Source: an uncultured Gemmatimonadales bacterium (GTDB lineage Bacteria; Gemmatimonadota; Gemmatimonadetes; Gemmatimonadales; GWC2-71-9). Taken from it: DNA of 64,000 bases. The notes beneath the pieces are model-generated. The model was given only the letters and a program-made list of their open reading frames with translations. It was not told where the DNA came from and did no database searches. The stretch spans positions 160,001 to 224,000 of the forward strand of contig CAVSQW010000007.1 of the NCBI GenBank assembly GCA_963730185.1, in the 5' to 3' direction. Positions 18,139-29,151 of this stretch are shown here, piece by piece (position 1 is the first letter of the stretch; each line of letters starts with the position of its first letter). Made by a program: the position numbers and the translations under genes.

Positions 18139-19076
18139 CCGAGTCGGGCCTCGGCCGGCAGAGGGTGGCCCCGGAGCCACTCGTCGGCCGGCATCCTGGT
18201 CCGCCCGGCCGGCTGGACCTCCCCGATCCGGACCGCCCCCGTTCCGGCGGCGACGACCAGGGCGCCGTCGGCGGCGACCAGGGTGCCGCCGACGGTGATC
18301 GGCCCGCCGGGCGTCCCGGCGCCGGCCACGACCCGGGGGCGGAAACACTTGAGCTCGAGCCCGCCTAACGAGGTCCACGCGCCCGGTACCGGATCGAAGG
18401 CCCTGATCCGGCGGGCCACCTCGTCGCCCGACCGGGTCCAGTCGATCCGAGCCGTCTCCCGACCGATCTTCGGGGCCAAGGTGGCCAGCGACGGATCCTG
18501 GGGCGTCGCCTCGGCAGCATCGTCGAACCGGTCCAGGACGTCGACCAGGGCGCCGGCGCCGAGCCGGGCGAGCCGCTCGGTGAGGTCGCCGCCGGTCTCA
18601 TCCGGGCCGATCGGGGTCGCCTCCCGGCCCAGCATCGGCCCGCTGTCCATTCCCGCGTCCATCCGCATGATGGTGACCCCCGTCTCCCGGTCTCCCGCCG
18701 CGATCGCCCACTGGATCGGGGCGGCGCCGCGATGGCGGGGCAGGAGGCTCGCGTGGACGTTGATCATCCCGTGCCGGGGGATGGCCAGGATCTCCGGCCG
18801 AAGGATGTGCCCGTAGGCGACGACCACGCCCAGGTCCGGGGTCAGGTCCCGGAGCCAGCCGGCGAACGGGTCGCCGCGGGGCCGCTCCGGTTGGGACACG
18901 GGGACGCCGGCAGTCTGGGCGCGGACCTTCACGGGGGGAGCGACGAGGGTGGAGCGGGAGCGTCCTCGGGGGCGGTCCGGCTGGGTGACCGCCGCCACGA
19001 CCGGGTGGCCGCGTTCGAGCAGGGCCTCGAGGCTCGGCACGGCGAACGCAGGCGTGCCGAAGAACACGATCCGCAT
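18135..19076 (-). CDS. fmt: Methionyl-tRNA formyltransferase
   Basis: FFGTPAFA, VTQPDRP and INVHASLLPRHRGAAPI motifs. Confidence 0.96.
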   Translation of the reverse strand: MRIVFFGTPAFAVPSLEALLERGHPVVAAVTQPDRPRGRSRSTLVAPPVKVRAQTAGVPVSQPERPRGDPFAGWLRDLTPDLGVVVAYGHILRPEILAIPRHGMINVHASLLPRHRGAAPIQWAIAAGDRETGVTIMRMDAGMDSGPMLGREATPIGPDETGGDLTERLARLGAGALVDVLDRFDDAAEATPQDPSLATLAPKIGRETARIDWTRSGDEVARRIRAFDPVPGAWTSLGGLELKCFRPRVVAGAGTPGGPITVGGTLVAADGALVVAAGTGAVRIGEVQPAGRTRMPADEWLRGHPLPAEARLG

Positions 19077-19608
19077 CAGGATCGGGCGCCGTCCTCCGGC
19101 ACGACCTTCTTCACCACCGCCTCGCCTCGATGCTCCTTCTTCCAGCGCTTGAGCAGCATCTGGCGCTTGAGCATGCTCACGTGGTCGAGGAAGAGAATCC
19201 CGTCCAGGTGGTCGATCTCGTGCTGGACCGCCCGCGCCACGTGACCGTCGAGCTCGCGCCGATACGGCTCGCCCTCGCGATCCAGGGCCTCCACCACGAT
19301 CCGGGCGGGCCGGGTCACCTCGGCGTAGAGCTCGGGAATCGAGAGGCAGCCCTCTTCGCCCCGGGAGCTGCCCTCGGCGCTGAGGATCACGGGGTTCACC
19401 ATGGCGAACCGGTCGCCGTCGATGCCCACCACCGCCACCCGCCGGGTCACCCCGACCTGATTGGCCGCGAGCCCGACGCCCTTGGCGGCGTCCATGGTCT
19501 CGAAGAGATCGTCGATGAACTGCTTGACCTCGTCATCCACCTCCGCGACGTCGTCGCTCCGGGTCCGGAGCACGGACGACCCCAGGAGGTGCAGGTCCAA
19601 CAACGACA

Positions 19609-19609
<1 letters not shown>
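19076..19609 (-). CDS. def: Peptide deformylase
   Basis: GVGLAANQVG, EGCLS and QHEIDHLDG motifs. Confidence 0.96.
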
Positions 19610-21966
<2,357 letters not shown>

Positions 21967-22130
21967 GTCTGCCTTTCCGTGAGGCGTCCCTAAGAGGTAC
22001 CGTCCCTCGCTCTCCGCGTCCATCCGTCCCCGCGGTCCCGCCCCCTTCGGCCTCCCCCTCAGCCCCCGCGTCCCCCGTCGCCCCCGCTTCCATCGTCCTC
22101 GTTCCCCCGTTCCTCCGGGTCCACCAACCG

Positions 22131-23624
22131 TCACGCGGCCGTATGGCGATACAGGTGGCGTACGCCCGGGTCACCCAGCCCGGCGTGATTGAAGGGCGCG
22201 ATCAAGCGGGCGATCTCGGCCTCGAACCCCGCGTCGTCGTCCGGGCGGCCGGCCAGCCGGGCGTCGAGCGCGGCCCCGGCCTGCCGCGCCAGCAGTCGAA
22301 CCGCGGGATCGTCCGCCAGGAAGAGCGCTCCGGTCCGGTCGCCGCCGGTCGTCCGTCGCTTCTCCCAGGTGGTGACGGCGGCGAAGAACACCAGACTGAA
22401 GGCCCGGAAGAGCGGGAACCGGCCCATCGCGCGGTAGCATCCGCCCACCAGCTCGTCGATCAGGGCCAGCTCCGCCTGGACGAGGCTCTCATAACCCGTC
22501 ATGGCTCGATCCAGGGAGGAACGCCCCCAGTGCTCGCCCAGGTCCGTGGCCAGCCGCTCGACGCCGTGCATCGTCTGGGCGATCCCCGTGCTGTGGAGCG
22601 GATCGACGAATCCGGCCGAATGGGGAAGGAGCGCCCAGGTGGGGCCGGCGGCGGGGCGGAGCCGGCGCTGGAGGCGCCCGGTCCGGCGGAGGCCCCCGGC
22701 CGGCGCTACCAGCTCCGCGCCGGCGAACTGCCGGGCGACCGACGGCAGGCGGCTGAGCAGGGCACCCCATTCCTCGCCGGGTGGCCGCCCGGGATCCAGG
22801 GGATGGCGTCGGAAGTCGAGCGCGAATCCCGCGCTGGTCACCCCGTCGTCGAACCGGAGCGTCCACATCCAGCCGCCGTCGAACACGTGGTGCAACGCCG
22901 CGCGGTCGCAGGGGAAAGGATGGTCGTCGATCCGGCCGCCGCCTCGCTCCAGCACCTCGGCCCAGGGCGGGACGCCCCGGAAGTGCCCGAACAGGGCCCG
23001 CGAGGCGGTGGTCATGGTCGCGCGCTGGTCGGCGAGCGAGAGCGGCTCCCGGAGCAGCCCGGCGTCGCCGGTGGCGTCGACCAGGAACCGGGCCGCGATC
23101 GTCACCGGCCGGTCCAGCCGGGCGCCCTCGAGACGCCAGCCGTTCGGGGCGGTCCGGGCCGCGACCTCGGTCCGGTCCAGGAACTCGACGCCCGCGTCGC
23201 GGGCTTCGTCCACCAGAAAGGCGTCCACGGCCGACCGGAGCCAGTGGGTGTCGGCCTGGTCCTCGCCGACGCTCGCGGCCACCAGCAGCTCGTTGCCGTG
23301 GGCTGGGTCGGGGACGAAGGCAGCCCCGGCCTGGTGCCCGAAGTAGCTGAACCCCCGCTTCGGGCCGCGGGTGAGGTCGGGATAGGCCCGACACCAGCTT
23401 CCGTAGCGGGTCAGCGGGGCCAGGCGGGGCAGGTCGTAGCGCCGGGCCAGGTCGCCGAGGATCAGGTCGGCGGCGGGGGTGGACGACTCACCGATGGCGA
23501 AGCGGGGGTGGTGTGCCCGGTCCAGGAGCACCACTCGTCTCCCGAGCCGGGTCAGGATCAGGGCGAGCAGGCTCCCCCCGAACCCCGAGCCGGCGATCGC
23601 GACGTCGCAGTCCAGGACCCTCAC
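22131..23624 (-). CDS. FAD-dependent halogenase-like oxidoreductase (tryptophan halogenase family)
   Basis: GSGFGG, HPRFAIGES, K in GPKRGF, WMW (WxWxI-like) and FVDPLHSTG. GTG start overlaps the upstream stop. Confidence 0.85.
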   Translation of the reverse strand: MRVLDCDVAIAGSGFGGSLLALILTRLGRRVVLLDRAHHPRFAIGESSTPAADLILGDLARRYDLPRLAPLTRYGSWCRAYPDLTRGPKRGFSYFGHQAGAAFVPDPAHGNELLVAASVGEDQADTHWLRSAVDAFLVDEARDAGVEFLDRTEVAARTAPNGWRLEGARLDRPVTIAARFLVDATGDAGLLREPLSLADQRATMTTASRALFGHFRGVPPWAEVLERGGGRIDDHPFPCDRAALHHVFDGGWMWTLRFDDGVTSAGFALDFRRHPLDPGRPPGEEWGALLSRLPSVARQFAGAELVAPAGGLRRTGRLQRRLRPAAGPTWALLPHSAGFVDPLHSTGIAQTMHGVERLATDLGEHWGRSSLDRAMTGYESLVQAELALIDELVGGCYRAMGRFPLFRAFSLVFFAAVTTWEKRRTTGGDRTGALFLADDPAVRLLARQAGAALDARLAGRPDDDAGFEAEIARLIAPFNHAGLGDPGVRHLYRHTAA

Positions 23625-24568
23625 GCGCCGCAGGGCTCGCAGCGAACCGCCGGGAGGATCCGCTGGTCGAGGTTCATCCGGTGGAGCCGCTCGCGGCGGT
23701 CGGCGCGGCAGTGGGGGCAGGCGGCGACCTGCTCGAAATCCCAGAGATCCATGAAGACCCGCCCCCGGCCGAGCCCGATCCCGGCCGCCAGGGCGCGCTC
23801 GATGGCGCCGAGCGAAGGCGGCCCGGCTCGGCCCTCGCGCGCGAGCTTGGCCAGCAGTCCGCCGTCGGTCCGAGTGGGCACCATCGCGACGCACCCGACC
23901 CCCCGCTCGAACGCCCACTGGGCCGATCGAATCGCCCAGTCGACCCCTTCCTCGTCGCCGAGGAAGGGCGGGCGAAGCAGGACGAAGGCCCGAACCGCGA
24001 TGTCGCTCCGGAGCAGCCGGTCCACGGCCCGCGCGAAATCGTCCAGCGTCATCCGCTTGTTGAGGGCGGGGAGGACCTCCGGGTGGACCGTCTCGAGTCC
24101 CAGCGCCACCTCGAGGCCGGTCCCGAGCCGATCCCGAAAGGCGTCACACCGCTCGTCGGTCAATCGGGGGTGGTTCTCGACGATGACGGTCTCGAACCCG
24201 CCAACCCGCTCGACGATCGCGACGTGGTCGGCGGGCGGAATCGCGCGAGGGTCGAAGAAGTTGCCGGCGTTGTAGAGCTTGATCTGACGGGCGGGTGGCA
24301 GCACCGCGAGTGCCCGATCGAGCTGCGCCGGGATCGCGCCGACCGGCACGGTCTCGTTCGTGGTTCCGGCCCAGAGGTCGCACATCAGACAGCGGAAGGG
24401 GCACTCGCGGTTGGTGAGCAGCACCGTCGCGACGCTCACCACTTCGCCTGAGGCGGAGCGCTCCGGCTCGACGAAGAAGCCTTGGGGTCGGGTCGGGTCG
24501 ACCGGCCGCTTGGGGCCCCGGGCCGCGAGGATCTCGCGATCGGTGGCCCGGGCGACTCCCTCAGGCAT
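23621..24568 (-). CDS. Radical SAM protein resembling archaeosine synthase RaSEA
   Basis: CPFRCLMC (CxxxCxxC), IKLYNAGNFFD, EVALGLET, NK, FVLLRPPFL and PPSL. Confidence 0.85.
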   Translation of the reverse strand: MPEGVARATDREILAARGPKRPVDPTRPQGFFVEPERSASGEVVSVATVLLTNRECPFRCLMCDLWAGTTNETVPVGAIPAQLDRALAVLPPARQIKLYNAGNFFDPRAIPPADHVAIVERVGGFETVIVENHPRLTDERCDAFRDRLGTGLEVALGLETVHPEVLPALNKRMTLDDFARAVDRLLRSDIAVRAFVLLRPPFLGDEEGVDWAIRSAQWAFERGVGCVAMVPTRTDGGLLAKLAREGRAGPPSLGAIERALAAGIGLGRGRVFMDLWDFEQVAACPHCRADRRERLHRMNLDQRILPAVRCEPCGA

Positions 24569-25886
24569 GGAGCGCCGCGAACGCCTTTCGGTAGCCGGAC
24601 TCGTCGGCCGGAAACAGCGCATCGAAGCCGCTCCGCCGGACGGCGCCGTGCTGGAAGCGGCGCTTCTCGAAGGCCGGCATGGCCAGACCGGTGACCGCCC
24701 GGACGCCCCGGGTGACGATCTCACCCTTGAGGGCGTAGAGCTTGTCGGGGTCGAACCCGGTGAGCTCGACGAACGGGATCCCCTCGGCCACTTCGATGAC
24801 GTTGGGCACGGCGTAGGGGCTGAACCCCTCGAACCCGAGGGCCCGGGCCGGCGCCCAGGACCGGACCTGGCCGCGGCTCTGGCCGCCCGAGTAGGTGAGC
24901 GAGTGCTTGACGGCCTCGACTCCCCAGCCCTCCTGGTAGAGCATCAAGTTGTTGAGCACGCTCCGAATGGTGAGCTCCGAGTTCTCCTCGATCGGGTAGT
25001 CCTTGAGGTTCTCGTCGCCGCCGTCCCCATCCACCAGATACCGCCAGTCGGGATACCGGGCCCGAATGCCCCGGCAGAGCGCCAGCGCCATGGTGGCGGA
25101 CTGGACGTCGAGCGGCTTGTAGTCTTCGATGACCCGGATGGCCTCGCGATAGTCGAGCGCGTCAGGCGAGACCTCGATCGGTTCCAGGAACATGCCGAGG
25201 CCCAGCGCGTCGAGAAACCGGCGGGCCTGGTCGAGGTCGGGGCCGCCGCCGTCGACGGCGAGCGTGAACGCCTTGAGCCGGGCCGGCGACTGTCCCCGGC
25301 GGAGGAGGCGGTGATAGAGGGCCAGAAAGACGGAGCCGCTGTCGATCCCGCCGGAAAAGGGCACCCCGATCGGCGCGTCGGGCTCGACGTGATCGAGCCA
25401 GCGGTCGAGCTCCCGCGCGAGCGTCGCGACGTAGGTCCAGCCGATTTCGTCGAGATCGGTGCCGAGGCGGTTCCGTTCCGGCGTGAAGTACCGGACCGGC
25501 GTGGGATTGGGGTCCGGGCACCCCACCAGGGCCAGCTCCACCACGTAGTGGGCCGGCACCATTCTGGTGTAGGACGGGTGGAACTGTCCGGCCAGCCCTT
25601 CGCTCTCCAGGAAGGCCCGGATCTCGTCGATCCGCTCGGCGATCACGAGACACGGCCCCTCCGCCCGCTTGGCGAGGAAGAAACGCATCGGGCGCCCGAT
25701 CGAGCGGGCCATCCGGACTGTGATCCCCTGCTTGTGGACCAGGGCGAAGACGCCGTCGATCTCGCGGACCTGGGTCGGGTCGCCGGAGCCGACCCGGGCG
25801 GTCGCTTCGTCCACCGACATGTTGAAGAGCGTGTTCGCAGAGGGGTCCAGCAGATTGACGAGACGTTCGACGGTCGTGGTATGCAT
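24561..25886 (-). CDS. Asparagine-synthetase-related ATP pyrophosphatase with a truncated glutaminase domain
   Basis: PP-loop FSGGIDS, DGDGGDE, KxxF (KRRFQHG). N-terminus keeps GxFA and AR..GRP remnants but has no Cys1. Confidence 0.85.
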   Translation of the reverse strand: MHTTTVERLVNLLDPSANTLFNMSVDEATARVGSGDPTQVREIDGVFALVHKQGITVRMARSIGRPMRFFLAKRAEGPCLVIAERIDEIRAFLESEGLAGQFHPSYTRMVPAHYVVELALVGCPDPNPTPVRYFTPERNRLGTDLDEIGWTYVATLARELDRWLDHVEPDAPIGVPFSGGIDSGSVFLALYHRLLRRGQSPARLKAFTLAVDGGGPDLDQARRFLDALGLGMFLEPIEVSPDALDYREAIRVIEDYKPLDVQSATMALALCRGIRARYPDWRYLVDGDGGDENLKDYPIEENSELTIRSVLNNLMLYQEGWGVEAVKHSLTYSGGQSRGQVRSWAPARALGFEGFSPYAVPNVIEVAEGIPFVELTGFDPDKLYALKGEIVTRGVRAVTGLAMPAFEKRRFQHGAVRRSGFDALFPADESGYRKAFAALHA

Positions 25887-25944
25887 CGATCCGGTCGGTG
25901 AGGCGTGGCTGGGGGCGGAGTCGACGAAGGTCGTGGAAAGATAG

Positions 25945-26493
25945 TCAGGGCTCCCGATCCACCGCCTGCCGCAGGAAGGCCGGCCGGACGACGGGCTCGC
26001 GGGCGACGCGAATCACGATCTCGATCTGCTCGAGCAACTCGGCCTGTTCGTGGTGGTCGCCGGGAGCAGTCGCCACCTCACTCCTGAGCGCGAGGAGATC
26101 GGACTCGCGGCGAGCCCGGTCGCCGGGGCCGGCCGGCGTACCGCGGAGGCGCTCCAGCCGACGGCGGAAGGCGGCGAAGCGGTACGACGTGCCGCCGACG
26201 GGGCTGATCAACGTCAGACCACCGGCGACGAAGGTGCCCAGGCCCACGCCGGCGAGCACGGCCCGGGTCGTGGTGAAGCCGGCGATCCCGGATCCAAACG
26301 CGGAGCCGAGCAGGCCCAGCAAGCTCACGGCGCCCGTGGCGACCAGACCGATCCCGACCAGGCCCCGCCGCTGACGGAGCCGCTCCTTCCAGCCGCCGAG
26401 CTGGCCCGCCGCCGCGATCATGCCGACCGACGATGCGAGGAGCGTCAGCCCCACGCCGATCAGCTGGCCGACCGAGCCGGTGGAGCTCGCCAT
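25945..26493 (-). CDS. Hypothetical membrane protein (about 3 TM helices plus a soluble C-terminal tail)
   Basis: Hydrophobic segments. Fills the gap between co-oriented genes. Confidence 0.6.
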   Translation of the reverse strand: MASSTGSVGQLIGVGLTLLASSVGMIAAAGQLGGWKERLRQRRGLVGIGLVATGAVSLLGLLGSAFGSGIAGFTTTRAVLAGVGLGTFVAGGLTLISPVGGTSYRFAAFRRRLERLRGTPAGPGDRARRESDLLALRSEVATAPGDHHEQAELLEQIEIVIRVAREPVVRPAFLRQAVDREP

Positions 26494-26512
26494 TGTCGGG
26501 GACGGCGGCGAC

Positions 26513-28432
26513 TCAGTGGAGCCAACGGTCGAACCAGGCGACGAACCGCCGGGTCCGGTCCAGGAGGTGCTTCTCTTCGCGGAGTCCGTGGCCTTCCCGG
26601 GGATAGACCACCAGCTCGGCCGGCACGTCGTAGCGCTTGAGCGCCCGGTAGAGCATCTGGCTCTGGGCCAGCGGGTCGGTGGTATCGTCCTCGCCCTGGA
26701 GGATCAGCGTCGGGGTGTGGGCCCGGGTGATGTAGGTCAGCGGGGAGCTCTTCCGGAACCCGTCGGGTCGCTCGTACGGGGTGCCGTAGAACCACTCGTC
26801 GTACGCCGGGCCGGCCTCGGTGCCGAACTCGGTCGCGAGGTCGCTCATCCCGGCGCCGGTCACCGCCGCCTTGAAGCGGTCGGTCTGGGTGATGGCCCAG
26901 GAGGCCATGTAGCCGCCGTAGGACCAGCCCCCGATCCCCAGCCGGCTGGGGTCGGCGACACCCCGGCGAACCAGCTCGTCCACGCCGGCCATGATGTCCT
27001 GGAAGTCGCGGCCGCCCCAGTCGGCCCGATTGGCCGCCAGGAAGGCAAACCCATAACCCGTCGACCCCCGAGGGTTCGGGTAGAACACGGCGTAGCCCTT
27101 GGCGGCGAGCAGCTGCCCCCAGCCCTCGAAGCGATCGCCCCACGCCCCGGTCGGCCCCCCGTGGACCAGCACCACCAGCGGGAGTCGGGCGTTCGGCGCC
27201 CGGTCGGCCGGCAGGAGGAGGGCGCCCTCGATCGCCTGGCCGTCGACGCTTCGGTAGCGCACGATCTCGGGCGCGATCACCGGGAGCGAATCCCAGCGGG
27301 CGTTGAGCATGGTGATCCGCCGGGCCGCGCCCGGTCCGCTCTGGCGCCAGAGCTCCGGCGCCCGGGTCGCGGTCTGTCCCACGAAGAGGAGCGACCCGTC
27401 GGCGAGCGTCACCGCGTCCGAGGGATGGGGCGACGGGGTCGGGAGCGCCGTCGAGCGGCCGCCGGTCGTCAGCCGGGCTCGCCGAACCTCGAACCCGTCG
27501 GGGTAGAGCAGGTCGAGCGTCCCGTCCTGCTCCCAGCGATAGTCCTGGACCGGCCGGTCGATCGTCCCCGCGGTGAGGTTCCGGGCCGGTCCGCCGGCGA
27601 GCGGCAGCAGGTAGAGGTCGTGCGGGACCGGACCGTCCACCCTCGCTCCCTGGTAGGAGAGCAGGGCGCCGTCGGGCGAGACCTCGAGTCCGCCGATCGG
27701 CCCGGTTGGCGCCGCCACCAGCCGGGGGATCGAATCCCGAACCCCGATCGTGTAGAGCGCCTCGGTCCAGCGGTCGCTCTCGGGATGGTCGGTGGCGATC
27801 AGGGCCAGCCGGTCGCCGCTCGGGAGCCAGACCAGGTCGCGGACGGTCCAGGGGGCCGCCGTCATCCGGTGGACCTCGCCCGAGGGCAGGTCGAGCAGCC
27901 AGAGGCTCGCGGGCCGGTCGTCCCGGTCCACCACCCGGGCGTCGTCCTTGTCCTTTCGGCGCTGCTCCTCTTCGTCGGTCGGCGGCGGGGCCGCCACGAA
28001 GGCGATCCGCCGCCCATCCGGCGCCCAGGCGAACTGCCGCACCGCCGACTTGCCCTTGGTCAGCGGTCGGGCTTCGCCGCCGTCGAGCGGCAGCAGCCAG
28101 ATCTGGGGCCGGTCCACCCGGTCCGAAAGGAACGCCAGGGAGCGCCCATCGGGCGCGAACCGGGGCGACCACTCGCTCCGGCTCGAGCTGGTGAGCTGCC
28201 TCGCGCTGTCGGCGCCCAGCTGGAAGAGGAACACGTGCTGGGGCTGATCGGTACCGGAGACCGGCTCCTGGACCACGAACGCGGCCGCCCGGCGGTCCGG
28301 CGCCAGCTCGAGGTCGCGGAGCGAGCGGCGGTCGAGGGTGATCTCGGGCGTGATCTGGGCCGACGCCGGCGCGGCGAAGACGAGGACGAGCAGCGTCTGA
28401 ACCGGGAGGAGCCGGCGGAGAGTTCGGATCAT
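26513..28432 (-). CDS. S9 family peptidase (acylaminoacyl-peptidase-like, beta-propeller plus alpha/beta hydrolase)
   Basis: Signal peptide, PD40-like repeats, HGGP, NPRGSTGYG, GWSYGG and EGHG. Confidence 0.93.
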   Translation of the reverse strand: MIRTLRRLLPVQTLLVLVFAAPASAQITPEITLDRRSLRDLELAPDRRAAAFVVQEPVSGTDQPQHVFLFQLGADSARQLTSSSRSEWSPRFAPDGRSLAFLSDRVDRPQIWLLPLDGGEARPLTKGKSAVRQFAWAPDGRRIAFVAAPPPTDEEEQRRKDKDDARVVDRDDRPASLWLLDLPSGEVHRMTAAPWTVRDLVWLPSGDRLALIATDHPESDRWTEALYTIGVRDSIPRLVAAPTGPIGGLEVSPDGALLSYQGARVDGPVPHDLYLLPLAGGPARNLTAGTIDRPVQDYRWEQDGTLDLLYPDGFEVRRARLTTGGRSTALPTPSPHPSDAVTLADGSLLFVGQTATRAPELWRQSGPGAARRITMLNARWDSLPVIAPEIVRYRSVDGQAIEGALLLPADRAPNARLPLVVLVHGGPTGAWGDRFEGWGQLLAAKGYAVFYPNPRGSTGYGFAFLAANRADWGGRDFQDIMAGVDELVRRGVADPSRLGIGGWSYGGYMASWAITQTDRFKAAVTGAGMSDLATEFGTEAGPAYDEWFYGTPYERPDGFRKSSPLTYITRAHTPTLILQGEDDTTDPLAQSQMLYRALKRYDVPAELVVYPREGHGLREEKHLLDRTRRFVAWFDRWLH

Positions 28433-28684
28433 GAGAGGACCATCACGCCCGCCGGGCTCGACGGGTCAGAAGGAGGTGGAGACGCCCAGGCTTCCGCGAT
28501 TCCCGACGTGAACCGGTCGGGACCGGGCCTCGGCCAAGCCGGGGGCCGTGCCGCCGGCCGGAACCCGAAGCCGAGGGCGACCGCCAGGAGCGCCAACCCG
28601 ATCAGCCGCTTCGACGGGAGCTCCCCGGAATGGGGAGCAAGGTCGAAGGTAGGGCGCCGGCGCGCCGCGGGCCAGAGGCGCGGG

Positions 28685-29151
28685 CTAGGGCGGGGACCGA
28701 TCGGTCGAGTTGGGAGCGTCGAGTCGGTAGCAGGGGTGCCGGAGTCCGGTCGGCGGATAGAGCTCGTCGTGGGTGGGGCGGAATCCCAGCCGTTCGAGCC
28801 GCCGCTTCGACGGAGCGTTGTCGGGGTGATGGCCGGCGAAGAGGAACCGGGCCCCGAGGGTCTCGAAGGCGTGGGCGATCGTGGCCCCCGCGGGCGGAGT
28901 CCGGCCGCCCCGACGAGGTCGCCGGTGGGTCGGAGGAAGACGGGCCAGTACTGCACCCCGTGAGACGTCGCCATCGCGATCTCGGCGGCGAGCCGCGCCG
29001 CGACCTCGGCCGCCGACCATGGGCCGCCGATCAGCCGGGCGACCTCGGGGTCGCCCCAGAGCGCCAGCGCCAGGTCGAGGTCGGTTCTCCGCCAGCGGCC
29101 GAAGCCGAGCCGGGGTGTGGTGAGCCACCAGTCGGACACCGCTCCGCTCAA
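28685..29151 (-). pseudogene. RimJ/RimL-type GNAT acetyltransferase with internal deletion and frameshift
   Basis: N-half (TPRL...GAAGLRP) and C-half (IAHAFETLG...HHPDN.PS...LERLGF) are in different frames. The usual ELG...WG.G.ATE acetyl-CoA motif is missing. Confidence 0.7.

Noticed and set aside
18138..18300. TPP riboswitch ahead of the thiamine genes
   Set aside because: The region is fmt coding sequence, and I found no CTGAGA...CCTGA-type aptamer core.
22005..22125. CRISPR array
   Set aside because: The units are short and degenerate, there are no unique spacers, and no cas genes are present.
24561..28432. Lasso peptide cluster (Asn-synthetase-like cyclase plus S9 isopeptidase)
   Set aside because: No transglutaminase-like B protein, no PqqD/RRE protein and no precursor ORF with a lasso leader or core pattern is visible nearby.
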